From Eledone cirrhosa (lineage: Eukaryota), in assembly GCA_964016885.1 (NCBI GenBank), contig OZ024740.1:365552001-365616000 (forward strand): a stretch of 64,000 bases of DNA, in the 5' to 3' direction. Every line of letters begins with the position of its first letter. The first letter of the stretch is position 1. Position numbers and translations under genes: made by a program. Below the pieces are notes generated by a model, which worked only from the letters and a program-made list of their open reading frames with translations, did not search any database and was not told the origin of the DNA. Of the stretch, positions 21,074 through 34,952 are shown piece by piece.

Positions 21074-24000
21074 CAGAATCAAAAGATAATGCACAAGACT
21101 AACAAGAACTCCAAACAGAACCAAAAGATAATACACAAGACTAACATAATTCTCAAAAACATTATCATCACAAACAAACTAAACATTACTGATTTAAATC
21201 ATCTCTATTATGCATCGGCTAAAGTCACCACTCACTTATGTGGAGTGAAGATGAAAAAACAAAGGAACTCCCACAAGAAATCTACTTGGCAAGAGAACAT
21301 CAATCGCCAAATAAACCTTCTCCGATCTGACAGAAATTTTAACAAACTATAAAGTAGGTGAACATGTTAAACAAACTAAACTTAGAAAATTTAAAAGAAA
21401 GTACAGTATAAAATCAACAAGTGACATAGACATGCTGATAGAAATAATCAAGCAAAAAGTGTCGGCCAAAGCTGCTCGTATAAGGCGCTTTGAAAAACGA
21501 TCTAGATTCTATAAGGACAATAATATGTTCAAAAACAACCAAAGAAACTTCTACAGAAAAATTGGTAAGTCAACAATAACTGCTAAATCAATACCACCCA
21601 AGGAGGAAGTGCAAGAATTCTGGGAAAAGATCTGGGCCGAAGAAAAAGTTCATAACATACATGCCCCATGGATAGACAGACAAATGAAAGATACAGCTCA
21701 CCTTGAAGAACAAATATGGGAAAATATAACAGTTGAACAGTTGCGCTTGGCTCTTAGAAAAACCAGCAAATGGAAATCCCCAGGAAAAGACAAAATACAA
21801 AATTTTTGGATAAATGCCTTCACAGAGTCTCATGAGCTGTTAGCCCAACTTTACAATGAAATAGTTAAGGAGCCAGAAAAGATACCATCATGGCTAGTTA
21901 ACGGCATTACATTCCTGCTTCCGAAGAATGATGAGACAAACAATCCCAAAAATTACAGACCGATAACTTGCTTGACCACAATGTATAAAATGTTAACATC
22001 AGTCCTAACTGAATACACATATGACCACCTGATAACAAATGACCTATTTCCCATTGGGCAGAAAGGGTGTAAACGAGGCTCATATGGCTGTAAGGATCAG
22101 CTTTTGGTTAACAAAATGATACTGGAAGATTGTCATAATAGACACAAAAATCTATCAATTGCTTGGATAGATTATAAAAAAGCATTCGATAGTTTGCCAC
22201 ACAGTTGGATTGAAAAATGTTTAGAGATTTTCAAAATATCCCCCGTTGTCAGGAGGTTTTTGTCATTCAGTATGAAGACATGGAAAACGACACTCCTTTT
22301 GAATAGTGAAACAAAATCACTGGAAGCTGGAGAAGTTAATATTAATTGTGGAATTTTTCAGGGTGACTCTTTATCACCGCTTTTATTCTGCATCGCACTT
22401 ATACAATTAAGTAAAATGCTCAATGAAACAAAACATGGATATAAAGTCTATGACAAAACCATTAATCACTTGTTCTACATGGATGACCTGAAACTATTTG
22501 CAAAAAATGATGAACAATTGCAAGGGCTATTATCCACTGTGGAGCAGTTCAGTGATGACATTAAAATGGAGTTTGGACTAGATAAATGCGCCAAAGCAAC
22601 GTTCACCAGAGGAAAGCTGCTGAAGAGTTCAGACATTAATCTTGATCGGGGGAACGTGATAAGAGAACTTGATCAAGAAAAAACTTACAAATATCTAGGT
22701 GTTTGTGAAGGAGACGGAATCAAGCACTCGACAATGAGGGAAAGGATAAGGAAGGAATGTTACCGCAGAGTAAGAGCAATCTTAAGAACGGAATTGAATG
22801 CAAGGAATAGGATCGATGCCATAAACACGCTTGCCATACCAGTAGTAACCTACAGTTACAATGTCATCAACTGGTCAAGCACAGAGATCCGTAGGCTCGA
22901 TACAAAAATTCGAAAATTCTTAACCATGCACAGAATGCATCACCCTAAGGCAGATACAGATAGAATATATCTCCCTAGGAAAGAAGGAGGACGTGGGTTA
23001 ATCCAGTTAGACATTGCGTTGAAAACTGCAACAATTGGATTATCTACATATCTAAGGGAATCACATGATTGGATGATCAAACTCGTTTTGAAACACGAAA
23101 GCATCAAAAGATCATATTCCATTACAAAAGATGCACAAAGATACAGTAATGGACTACAAATTTCAGAAGTCCCGTTTACTGCTGAAATGGAAAACACAGA
23201 AAAAGCAAAGCAGGTAAAAGTAACTGCAAAGAAAGAACTGCTACAGAAACTGGCTAAGAAATGGCAAGAAAAGCCTCTGTATGGAAAATACCCAGAACGA
23301 GCTAACAATCCTGATGTTGACAAAACTTTAACCCATCAGTGGTTGGCATCCTCTGGACTGAAATCGGAGACTGAAGGACTGATTATATCAGCACAAGATC
23401 AGTGTCTGCCAACAAAAAATTACCAAGCCAACATAATAAAAAATGGATGCAGCCCATTATGCCGTGTATGCAAAAAACAACCAGAGACCATTGACCATAT
23501 AATTTCAATGTGCAGTCCTATAGCTCCAACCGAATACCTAAACAGGCATGACAGAGCTGCACAATACATACATTGGATAATGTGTAAGCATTTTGACCTG
23601 CCCCATCAAAAGAATTGGTGGGGGCATCAACCACCTCCCATACTTGAAAAAGATCACATCTCAATCTTGTGGAACTTTAGCATCCAAACAGACCTAAAAA
23701 TAGATGCAAATAGACCTGATATAATATTGAAGGACTTTAAAATGAGGGTATGCCTGCTAATTGATATGTCCGTTCCAATAGACAAGAATGTATCTATAAA
23801 AACATTTGAAAAATTGAGCAAGTATAAGGACCTGGAGATAGAAATTGGAAAAATGTGGAAATTGAGAACTAAAACAATACCAGTGGTTGTAGGCGCTCTG
23901 GGAATGATACCTAAGGGGTCTAATGATTACTTATCGCAAATCCCAGGAAACCCGCGTATAGGAGAAATACAAAAGATAGTACTAATGGGAACTGCCCATA

Positions 24001-24187
24001 TACTAAGGAAGATTCTGTCAATATAAGTACATCACAAGTCTAAACACTAAAGATGCCTGTGTGAGTATTATGTTCTTTCTTGAACATAGCGGACCTTGTT
24101 GTCTCTTGAGGTCACTGGTTGTGACTTGGTGTTAACTCGTATGAACATAAAGCAAGATAAATGCAACTGTAATAATAATAATAATAA
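21070..24187 (+). mobile_element. R4/Dong-type non-LTR retrotransposon inserted in (TAA)n, 5'-truncated
   Basis: (TAA)n at 21019-21069 and 24170-24187; RT + CCHC + RLE ORF. Confidence 0.9.
21432..24026 (+). CDS. Reverse transcriptase + CCHC zinc knuckle + restriction-like endonuclease
   Basis: WKSPGKD, NYRPITCL, WIDYKKAFDS, GIFQGDSLSP, YMDDLKL, CRVC..ETIDHIISMC, RHD, RPDI..D..LIDMSVP, KLSKYKDL; frameshifted upstream part at 21089-21352. Confidence 0.93.
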   Translation: MLIEIIKQKVSAKAARIRRFEKRSRFYKDNNMFKNNQRNFYRKIGKSTITAKSIPPKEEVQEFWEKIWAEEKVHNIHAPWIDRQMKDTAHLEEQIWENITVEQLRLALRKTSKWKSPGKDKIQNFWINAFTESHELLAQLYNEIVKEPEKIPSWLVNGITFLLPKNDETNNPKNYRPITCLTTMYKMLTSVLTEYTYDHLITNDLFPIGQKGCKRGSYGCKDQLLVNKMILEDCHNRHKNLSIAWIDYKKAFDSLPHSWIEKCLEIFKISPVVRRFLSFSMKTWKTTLLLNSETKSLEAGEVNINCGIFQGDSLSPLLFCIALIQLSKMLNETKHGYKVYDKTINHLFYMDDLKLFAKNDEQLQGLLSTVEQFSDDIKMEFGLDKCAKATFTRGKLLKSSDINLDRGNVIRELDQEKTYKYLGVCEGDGIKHSTMRERIRKECYRRVRAILRTELNARNRIDAINTLAIPVVTYSYNVINWSSTEIRRLDTKIRKFLTMHRMHHPKADTDRIYLPRKEGGRGLIQLDIALKTATIGLSTYLRESHDWMIKLVLKHESIKRSYSITKDAQRYSNGLQISEVPFTAEMENTEKAKQVKVTAKKELLQKLAKKWQEKPLYGKYPERANNPDVDKTLTHQWLASSGLKSETEGLIISAQDQCLPTKNYQANIIKNGCSPLCRVCKKQPETIDHIISMCSPIAPTEYLNRHDRAAQYIHWIMCKHFDLPHQKNWWGHQPPPILEKDHISILWNFSIQTDLKIDANRPDIILKDFKMRVCLLIDMSVPIDKNVSIKTFEKLSKYKDLEIEIGKMWKLRTKTIPVVVGALGMIPKGSNDYLSQIPGNPRIGEIQKIVLMGTAHILRKILSI

Positions 24188-24312
24188 TTGTTTCTACTTT
24201 TGGCACAAGGCCAGCAAATACCCAGTACATTACTGGTACTTTATTTTATCGACCCCCGTAAGGATGAAAGGCAAAGTTAACCTCGTAAGGGACGTAACTA
24301 TGCTGGAAAGCA
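24186..24312 (-). mobile_element. tRNA-derived SINE fragment (core gcctttcatccttacggggtcgataaaataaagtaccag)
   Basis: matches the copies at 35654, 42737 and 43696. Confidence 0.75.
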
Positions 24313-24325
24313 TAATAATAATAAT

Positions 24326-24400
<75 letters not shown>

Positions 24401-24403
<3 letters not shown>

Positions 24404-25777
24404 TATTAGTATTGGTGCTCTGAAATAGCGATGTATAGATGAATATATGTAGTATATTTGGCAATATACCGTATGTTTAATTAAAAACATTTAGAAGACC
24501 ATTCGCTATCAGTTTTAAAGTAGTGACTATGTCACTTACTTATATTTTCGGCAAAAGCTGGGAGAATGGCTGACAGCTGTTTCTCGTTGCTTGGCGTTTA
24601 TCAAAGCGACGCAACTGATAGCACAAACCCCCGCTGAAAATTTTTTCCCTTCGATTTATATGAAATTTAAACCATAGGTAAATGACACGATATGATGCCT
24701 ATTCACAAAATTTCAGTAAATTTCAATAATTTTACGATACCCTAATGGTGGGTTAAACTCACTATAGTGAAAATTTTGATTTTTTGTTTGTTTGTTCACG
24801 AACTTCTCTTATGATTTTGGAGATAGACCCCCATAACCATATATATTCTGAAACTACATTGCCAGGGTACTTGGATAAGTATATTTCAATTTAATCAAAG
24901 GGCTCCACGGAGCCGCAAACCCCCGCTGAAAATTATTTCCCTTCGATTTATATGTAATTTAAACCATAGGTAAATGATAAGATATGATGCCTATTCACAA
25001 AATTTCAGCAAATTTCAACAATATTAAGACACCCTAATAGGGGTTAAACCCCCTATAGTGATAATTTTGGCCAATAAATAGAACAAGATGTGTTGTAACA
25101 AGATTGCATGAGAACTTGATTGAAGCAACCATTATATTTTGGGCTCTTCTCATTCCGAGGATTCCACTTATACCAAGTGATAGCGAGCTTGCCTTTTACA
25201 TTTAAGAGGCTGCTGTTCCCAGTGAGGCCATGATTTGCCATGAGCATCAATAAAAGTCAAGGTCAAACTTTCAAAACTATTGGTATAGATCTGACAAACT
25301 CACGTTTCAGTCATGGCATGTTTTATGTGGCTGTTTCAGGGACTAGAACTTCACAAAATCTCTACATTTTAGCCAATCAAGAAATATTATTTACTCTGAA
25401 GTTCTTCATTAGGACAAAGTATGAAATATATTTTCATGTATTTATTATGTTAACAAATAAATAATTAAACTTTAAATTTCTAATTTGAAAATAATGCTTT
25501 ACACAAAAATTAAATGATCAAATTTTGAATTGATAATTTAAAAAAAAATTATTTTCAAGAAACAAAATAAGAATAAGATTTAATAATGTAATTTTGATTT
25601 GATATATTAAAAAAAATTATGTTTTCCAATTTTTCATGCATTACATTTTACATTGAGTAATATTGAAATGCAGAGTTTTTCTCCATAAATTATATCACTG
25701 ATTTAAAACCAATCATCATTTTCTTACAAAAAAAAAAAAATGTGTGACACGCAGCAAGGCGCGGGTAATTCGGCTAG
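24401..25777 (+). mobile_element. Non-autonomous Helitron remnant
   Basis: Pif1-like helicase C-terminal piece (FTFKR..FPVR..FAMSINKSQGQT..IGIDL..FSHG.FYVAVS) at ~25195-25375; 3' GC hairpin + CTAG|T at 25774-25778; internal ~150-bp duplication (24621/24915); 5' end uncertain. Confidence 0.8.
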
Positions 25778-25954
25778 TATATATATATATATATGTATAA
25801 TATGTGTGTGCGCATACCCACAGAACGAAAAAATTAACGAACGGAAAAAATACTCATATTTCAAACTAGATACTGGATCAGCCTAAATATGCTATAGCAG
25901 TCAATTACTGTACCGAGTATTTTTTCGTTCATTAATGTGTGTCTATGTGTATGT

Positions 25955-26123
<169 letters not shown>

Positions 26124-26600
26124 GAAGCTGTCAAAACATAGTGTTACCAGAAAACCGAGGGCATTCATTTTGAATTGTATTGTAACTTTACTAATACATC
26201 CGTATATAATCCTTGTTTATTTAATGTTGTTTTACAAATAATCTTATGTTATAGAATAATCTTAATGCTTGATTGAATGTACAGTGTAACATTAGAACTG
26301 ATAAGAATAGGTATATATGCGATATCGGAAAATAAAACATATATATGGCTTTCTAACCAGACCAATTTATATATATATATAAATTTATATATAAATATAT
26401 ATTTCGTTTCTGAATTTGTTTAGCAAGATTCTTTATCTGAAATCGTGTGTTGAAACCGATATTGTTATACTTTGGGAGGGTCATGTTGCCAATAAGAAAC
26501 ACACGCACCAGTTGCTTTCACTTCAATTTATTATATATTTATAAATTTATAAATTTCTGGTTGGTTGGTTGGTTCCACAACCAGATAGTTGTTTATATAT

Positions 26601-26645
26601 AGTCATAGTTCTTTCGTCACACACTCTGTGACCTCTTCAGTGACT
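26601..26645 (-). ncRNA. Minimal type I hammerhead ribozyme
   Basis: agtca-CTGAAGA-ggtcacagagtgtgtgac-GAAAG-aa-CTA-tgact. Confidence 0.78.
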
Positions 26646-26849
26646 GGGGATTCCTTTCTTTGTTTCTGTGCCTCTCCTTTGTTCTGTCCTACGCCATTTT
26701 GTTTCTGTGTGTGTGTTGTGTGCTCAGTCTGCGCATGCGCCACATCCGGGTGTCTGTGTGTGTTTATGTTCATTTATTTATTTATTTGTTTATTTACATG
26801 TTACTGGTTGGTTGTTTGTTCTATGTGTGTGTGTGTTTTCATTTTGTCC

Positions 26850-28550
26850 TTAATTGTAAGTTGTGATGTTGCTGTTCCACTCATATTTTCTATTTAATTT
26901 TGGTTGTAATTCTTTTATGTTTATTGCCTCTGTAATTTGTCTAAGCATTGCGTCTTTTCTGTGTGTAGATTCTATTTTTATTTCTATGTTCTCTAATTTA
27001 CCCTTGTGTTCTATCTTAGCATGTTGGTAGAGTACAGATGATTCTTTATTATCTTGAAGGTCTCGCCAGTGTTCATTTATCCGTTCCCCTACGCTACGAG
27101 CTGTCTCACCTATGTACAATATATTTTTGTCTCTATATTGTCCTTCAGTACATCTTATGCTATACACTACATTTCTAGTTTTACAGTTAATATGGGGGCT
27201 TATTTTACAGGTTATACATTTCTTATCTATACATGAGGGTCTTTGAAAAGGGTATGTCTTGCTAATAAGTGTTTTTACGGAGGTACCTGGTCTTTCTACT
27301 ATCTTAATATTGAGTTTATGTTTATTTAGGGCCCTTCTAAATTTGTAAGCTAATTCACCTCTAGGGGTTGTATTGATGAACATTACACTCTGGTATTTAT
27401 TGCTATCATACCATGAGTTTATTCTATTAGCCTTGTTCCTAGTTCTTTCTATTCTATTCCAAAATTTGCTCCTATACAAGGGGCAGGTCCCATTTATGTC
27501 ATTATTTACCATTTTTTCTCATTTGGTTCTGGCTCCTCTATACACTCTGATTTTATCTCTCTGATTGTAGCCAGAGAACTGCATACGGTGGATGAAGTGT
27601 TGTATGTGTCTCCCTAGTTCTTCGGGGTTGCACATGCGGGACACATTTCTCATCACCCGTACCAAATCCGCAATCAGTATGTTGATTTTGGTATGGTCCG
27701 AAATGGCCGAGTTTCGGTGGATCAGATATTTGGAAGTCATGGGTTTGGCATAATGGGAATGGAGGATTTGTTTTTTGTTGTTAATGGTATCTAACCAGAG
27801 CTCTGTGTCTAGTACAGGTAATCAATGGTTGGGGTGTTTACTTGGGTAGTCTATAGTAACTCTAATGCTCTGGTGGATGGAGTTAGCTATTTGCTGGATG
27901 CTTTCCATTGTGTTTTTCTCTAGTTCCTGACTGTTCTCTAGTGGGGGTGTCTTAACTACGATGTTTATATCATCTACGTAGCGGGAGTACATTATCAGGG
28001 TTAAGGGGTCTTCTAATTGTTCTTTAAGTTTAAGTTTAAGTCTACTGTCCCACCATACCATGAATAAGTTAGCTATGTCGCCTGCAATGCTAACACCAAT
28101 GGCTGCTCCTTCCTCTTGGGTATATGTTTTTCCATTAAATTTGAACATATGTTCCTTAAGGGTTAGTTTTATGCTGGCCCCTACCGCATGTGCAATCATT
28201 TTCTTCAGTTCATCGTGGTTTTCGGGTGTCCGTATGGCTCTGGTCCACCCGTTCCATCTATCTGTGTGGGTTTTCTTGGCCATTGAGGTAATGGTAGGTG
28301 GTCTGCCTCTTGCTGGTCTTGTAGGGCACAGGTTGCTAAGGTCATATGTGTCTAGGTAACTATTACTATAGGTAAGCTTAAGTAGGAGTCCCAGCTCACT
28401 GGTATCAATCCCACGGAACTCAACCTTGCTCTCACTGATCATTTCTACGCATTTCTCCACAGCAAAATCCACGTCAATAGATGGATACAGGGACACAACA
28501 TCCATACTGCCTATTATGCAGTTTGTTAGGTCCCCAGATCGGTTACTCAC
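26850..28550 (-). pseudogene. PLE RT + GIY-YIG single reading frame interrupted by two in-frame TGA
   Basis: SMDVVSLYPSID, GAAIG, YSRYVDDI, DYPSKHPNH*LPVLD, SGY, PLYR, VVYSIRC..YIGETARS..R..EH, RQITEA..LNRKYEW. Confidence 0.88.
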
Positions 28551-31217
28551 GCCCAAGAGGAAGGAGCAGCCATTGGTGTTAGCATTGCAGGCGACATAGC
28601 TAACTTATTCATAAGTGCCTTATCTGGGTGGTGGGCTAGTAGAATCGGTAGAGTAACGGACTAAATGCTCTGAGCTCTTTAGTTGCCAACCTATATGTTC
28701 TGAATTTAAATTAAGCTTTGCTTTTTATTCTTCTGGAGTCGATAAAATACATACCGTTTGAATACTAATCGACTAAACCCACCCACACAAAAGGCCTTGT
28801 TCATCGGTTAAAAATCAATATTATCTGCAATAGATCAGATACTCTCTGCAAATTAAATCAACGCTTCTTGATACAATTATTACTGTCTCACTTTCTTTAC
28901 TTCTTTTAGGTTTAACTAAGGAGCGACAATGAAAGATATCGTTTTTATAACACTTTTATTGTGGTTTTGCGCTGTACCTGAAGTTTTCTCTACAACATCA
29001 AAATCTTCAGTAAGTATCTTAAGATATTTTTTTTTATATATAGTGGACTGATTGAACCGATCAAAGATGCGTTTAGAGAATGTAAAAAAAAATGATGTAT
29101 CTTATTCAGTTTTGAATGTAACTTAGTCTCTACGACGGTACAGGTGTTGTTAGCACAACTGAAGTTTTTACTTTTGAATGTCTACATTACAGTTGAAGAG
29201 ATATGCAAAACGTTCCTCAACACCCTCTTCCTTTCCTTATATAGCAGCCCACAACATATGAGTTATTGTGAATCCAACACTGGTCAATCAACTTTCGCCA
29301 TTGGTTCCTATCAATGGCAACGTCAATGGCGTCAGTGAATCTAACATTGAATCAAATCGTTAATTTAAGAAATTTATGTCTTTTGCAAAAGCTCTCCAAA
29401 CACAATGGTGCTATGTAGTTCGATTTTTTTTTGTGTGTGTGTGATTTAAAAGAGTAACCAATGGTATAATTATCTTCCAATTAAGGGTTATAAGAAGAGT
29501 TGGGAGAAAATATGAAAACGACTAGAGCTAAAAGGCTTCTTTGATCGTCGTCATTGTCATTGTTGTTGTTGTAGTTTAACCCCAAGCCAACTCTGATCGA
29601 GAGAACTTATGATCAAAGGCATTCCAGTCATGATCATCTCGTCTCAAACACTGAAAATATACAACATAAAACTCATTATGTGTTCGACCGGCTAGATATT
29701 GCAAACAAATCTCTCTTAAAACACATCTTAGATGAAGAAGGTTACGTTAGATATTGTAGTCGCAGATAAAAGACGGGATTATCATGTTTGGAATGCCTTT
29801 GATCATAGGTCCTCTCGATCAGAGTTGGCTTGGAGTTAAACAAAAACAACTTCAACAATGACAATGGCTCAAAGCAAGATATAGGGGTCAAGTCAGGCCC
29901 GACCGTCTTAAAAATTGGACAGATACGTTGGATTATGTGATCTAAGACGCACAATGGAGTGACAGCGTTGGTGTCGACTGGAATGCCTTTGATAATAGGT
30001 CCTCTTGATCAGAGTTGGTTTGGGGTTAAAATATAATCAATAAAGAAGAGAACTTTACCTCAGTCTCTCCTCAATATCATTGACATCTGTCCATCAAACC
30101 ATACATCACTGTTCCTTAGCTTGTTTGTTGTTTTTAGTTTTTAAACATCCACAGAGGGAGGTTTTTCTTCTAATTACATCGATTCTCAGTTAACCGAATC
30201 TCTATATTATATAAGTGAAACACTACCATAAATGTATTTAGTATGCAGAATGCTCTCTTGGGGTATTTTCTTTTCAGCAATCCTGTTGAAAGAAATATTG
30301 TTTCACTATATTCCCTCTTTTTTACATATATGGATCTCAGCTATGCATCGCCAATAATTAGGAGATCTAATAAGATCAAAACATGTCCGTTGCTTTCACC
30401 AGTTGGGTTTAAAGACAAAATTCAGATAAAACTACCTCATCTTTATATTTAAAACAATTCCATTGGCTGATATCATTTGAGTTATTTCCTCTGTTTAGTG
30501 TTTTAAACAAATTTAGTTAGTTTTTGTATAATATTTGCAAGAAAAGTTTCAGCTAATCGAAGTTTTTCAACTCACTATATTACATACGAGTATTTTTGGA
30601 ATGGTGTATACATTTCCCTACAATATTCAAATATGCTATTTTAATAATTATTATATTACTGTTATTCTTTTAGAACAAATATTTTCTTATTCATAGCTGC
30701 TTTGTGCTTCGCGGGTTTCTATGATGCAAAAAATAGAATTAACAAGTTATAAATACTATTTTAATAAACTCATGTGAACTTTACCAATGTTTTATATAGT
30801 TTTACATAACATGAATTTTCTTCACAGATGACAAAGCTGCTGAAATATAATTCCTAAACTATAAAAACGACGCTAAAATGTGAAAATAGAATATTGTTAT
30901 TTTGCTTAGTTATTTGTTTATTTTGAGTTTGTTCAGATGATCATCTGGTTGTGATGTACAAAATAAAGCAACCAGTACGCAAAAAACGAAAGTTTTGACT
31001 TTCTAGCTTTCAAAAACAGAGCTCATTTCTTTACATCGAAGCGAGGCCTGTAATTTATGGAAGAAGGATTATGAAATCTGTATAATGACACCTCTCACAA
31101 AGACTCTAGTAATGTCGTCGTTGCTATTATCGTTGTGGTTGTTGCTGTTGTTTAACCCTAGGTTAGCTCAGATCGAACAAACATATAATTCAATGTATTC
31201 CAGCCGTAACCACCACA

Positions 31218-31218
<1 letters not shown>

Positions 31219-31266
<48 letters not shown>

Positions 31267-31269
31267 CGG

Positions 31270-31364
<95 letters not shown>
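31219..31364. repeat. (GT)n microsatellite
   Basis: direct reading. Confidence 0.95.
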
Positions 31365-31367
<3 letters not shown>

Positions 31368-33993
31368 GGACTACATTATCAAATATGCCCTTTCTCTTTT
31401 AAGATGTAATTTGAGAAATATTTAGCTGTTGTTTCTAACCCACTGAGTGATCCAATAGAGGCTCCTTCATTGACAATAATAATGTAATTGAAGTCAAAAT
31501 CAGTTTGAGTGGTGAATTAGGGACCTTGTCATGCTGAGATATCCAAAAACTTTAGTAATTCAAGTGATTTAACAGTAATCGGGAACAGAAACCGTCTTAC
31601 AAACTCTTTATTTGGTAATCGCCCATACAAAATAGAAACAGAAATTCCTTCCATTTCTGAAATAGAACAATTTAGCTGATACAACGTGTGTCACAGGCTG
31701 TTCTCCGTGGCTGTTCTCCGCAGGCTGTTCTCATATTGTCCGCAGGGTGCAGTTTGAGATACACAACATAGACTGAGGTGCAGAATCTACCCCTCATTCT
31801 ACTGCCTTTCTCATTTCTTTTTTCTATCCTTTATTGCAAACATTGTCTACTAATGTGAACCAAAAGTGGCAACATTCAAAGTCTAGAAAATCTTGATATT
31901 TTGCAACAACGTAAATTTGTTGTAATTCGTAGAAAAGTATTGATTTTGTTGTTTAGTACAAGACACTTAAATATTGTATTTCTTTCTGCTTTTTTTTAAC
32001 GTCAGGCATTGAAAATTCGTATACGAGGTAAGTTTTCTAATTTCTTTTTTTAATTTTGATGAATTTTTATGTTTACGTATAGACTAACTTGAGTAAATTA
32101 AATAAGATAATGTTGGTAAATGATAAATTATTCTGATAAATGTCTCTCTATAAGCTATAATAATTCTTAAAGCTGATGTTCAGTTGAGGATTCGTGAAAG
32201 TTAAGCAAAAAAATAAATAAATAAATAAAAAGAGGAATCGAAATATAAACTAATGACCTCTTATCTGATAGAAGTATGATCTTTACGACACTTTAGGAAA
32301 TTTAGTTTCATCTATTAACACATTTTCGTCAACTCGACAAACTTTCCATTCCATTGCTTTTGATGTTTTTCTATTGTTGTTTTAACTGTTATTGATATTG
32401 TATACCAATTCTTTTTTTATTAAACTAATTTTTATTTAATAAAAACGAACTGAAAGCAACTAACTTGCTGAAATATAGGCGTTGGCGACCAATAAAAGAC
32501 GTTTATGTTTTGAAGAAAAGACCCGTACTGAAAGCACGGAATATTTGTGAAAACAATGAGCAATCGTTGGCTTGCCGACTGGTAACTTCTACTCATAAGT
32601 TTAATGGCGTAAGATTTGAAGGTAGATTTATAAGCAATTTACTTTTATACTTCTTTTTGCTTTGTTTTTGTTTTTTTGTAATCCACATAAGACGTATCAG
32701 AGTGAGAATTTTTTTTTTAGATGTGGATAATTACATACATAATATCCATGTCTAGATGCTTCGTTTGAAATCTTTAAATTAAAACTCTCATTTTACTCAT
32801 AACCAGATAAATTCTGCATGTTTTTACTAATAAAACAGGTTTAAGGAATATCGTATACGTTAATAAGTACTTTAAATAACGTTGAAATAAATACGTAATA
32901 AAAGTAAAAAGAAGAGAAAATAAAAGGTTATGGTCGCAACCATTCTTTCCTTGACTGAGTCATGGAACAGACCGACACAGGCAATACGATCTTTAAAGAA
33001 ATGAAGTCCTTATTATTGTCCCAAAAGCTTTAGCGATGTACGTGAAGTGAAAATAACTTAAACAAGATGCAGTTTCGTTTGGCGTTCTCACACGGCTATT
33101 GAGATAATCGTGACACAATCATAGATTAAAACATTCATAGCGAGACTTCTGTATGTTTCTTGAGCAAGACACTTTGTCACGTTGCTCCAGTTCACTCAGT
33201 CTTTCCCTTGAACAACATGGTTGGCGTGGAGAGGGAAGACTGGCATGTATGTGCAACTACTGGTCTACCACAAAAACACCTTGCCCGATCTTGCGTCTCG
33301 GAGGGGAACTTTCTAGGTGCAAAATCCATGGTCATTTGTGACCAAAGGGGTCCTTGCCCCTTTTTATAAAAATTATGAATCACGTTATGTTAGTGCTATT
33401 TATAAGTAATCCTAGACAATCAAGCTTGCACTATATGCAAATGAGCATCACCAACAGATATTGTATACACAAAAAGTATATAAGCTTTGTGCTTACTCTT
33501 GTCTCAGTACAGAGTGAGTCAACGTTATCTAACGTTCTCACGTGACTACTTAGATACTGTGACATGATCACTCCTTAAAACATCTATAGCGAGACATATA
33601 TGTTTATTATACATAAACATATCGTATATGTCTTCATATATACCTCTATTAGTTCATTTATTATACACTGCTTATGATATAGATTGCTTTTTTAAAATTC
33701 TTAATTTCCTTTAAGAACCGCTCGGAATTAAGACCCTGAAACGAACAGGTACAGTCAAGCAGCAGTCAACAGGTCCTCCCACTGGCTGGTGGCTTTACGG
33801 TAAGTTTCATTGTTGTACCAACAGACATATTCTATGTTACTCTGTATCTTATATTATTTTGGAACAGGGTCGTTCATTTGTAGAGTAAAGACATAGTCAG
33901 TTGAATAGACGCTAGGTATCTATTTTATTCCAACATTACCACCACCATGATCATCATCACTACCCCTACTAACACCGCCACCACCAGTTACCT

Positions 33994-34145
33994 CGTGTGG
34001 GATTTGAACTCAGAACGTAAAGGGCCGTAATTAAATAATTGTTTCTACTTTTGGCACAAGGCCAGCAATTATCCCAGTGTATTACTGGTACTTTATTTTA
34101 TCGACCCCGTAAGGATGAAAGGCAAAGTTAACCTCGGCGGGATTT
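33994..34145 (-). mobile_element. SINE fragments (same family)
   Basis: aattgtttctacttttggcacaaggccagc...gatgaaaggcaaagttaacctcggcgggattt. Confidence 0.7.
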
Positions 34146-34952
34146 AATAATGCAAAACATTTTGCTCGACGCTCTAAATTCTACTAACCCAACACCTTGG
34201 TCACTTGAAATTAATAATGGAAAATATAAACATTCTAATATTTTGTAAATTAGTTCAAGTGTTTTCAATTTAGATTTGAATTTAAACTTTACAAAGATAA
34301 TAGTTTAAAATAATTTTTTCAATAATCATATGTATGTGGTGGAAAGCACCCGCAACTGGACAATGTGTACCCTTAATTTTGAACCTGCCTCTATTGTCAA
34401 AACAGAGATATAGTCAGGGTGGAGTAACTGCAGATTCTTCATAAAACATATCGATTGACAAGTGAGATTCTAACCTATCCCTAACTCAATAGAAGCTTAT
34501 ATCGATCTATTTGGGATAACTCTCGTTACGCTAACGCAGTTTAATTCTTTATTTTGAACAACAGTTTACTGAGCGAATCTCACACACCTTTCGTTTTGTT
34601 ATTCTGTCATTGAGTCAAAACACTTAACTAAAATACGTACACGGCTCATTTTTCTTGAGAATGAATATCTTAAACAATCTAAGTAGGGCTAAATAATTTT
34701 TGGACACCGGCTTTTCTCTTCGAACTAACGAATTTAAAAGAACCAAAATAATAGAGCGGTCTAATAAAATAATGTGTGCTATCTGAATACAAATATTAAT
34801 TTGCGTTTTTTTTCTCTTTTAAAAGCTAATGGTTTCGACAATAGTAGTAAGAAACTGGAGAAAAAACTCTCGAGTACCTTTATAATTGGAAAAGCTGATT
34901 CGCGTGCTATTCTTGAAGATTTCATTGAGAATCACAGATTAAGAAGTAAGTA

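Larger units (their letters stand above)
26401..28612 (-). mobile_element. Penelope-like element (Naiad-like), 5'-truncated with 61-bp 5' inversion
   Basis: RT + GIY-YIG; HHR in 3' UTR; 28552-28612 is the reverse complement of 28060-28120; 3' end in TA-rich tract. Confidence 0.88.

Noticed and set aside
25830-25935. Small inverted repeat (ttaacgaacggaaaaaatactc / gagtatttttttcgttcattaa)
   Set aside because: Probably a decayed MITE; no TSD or family assignable
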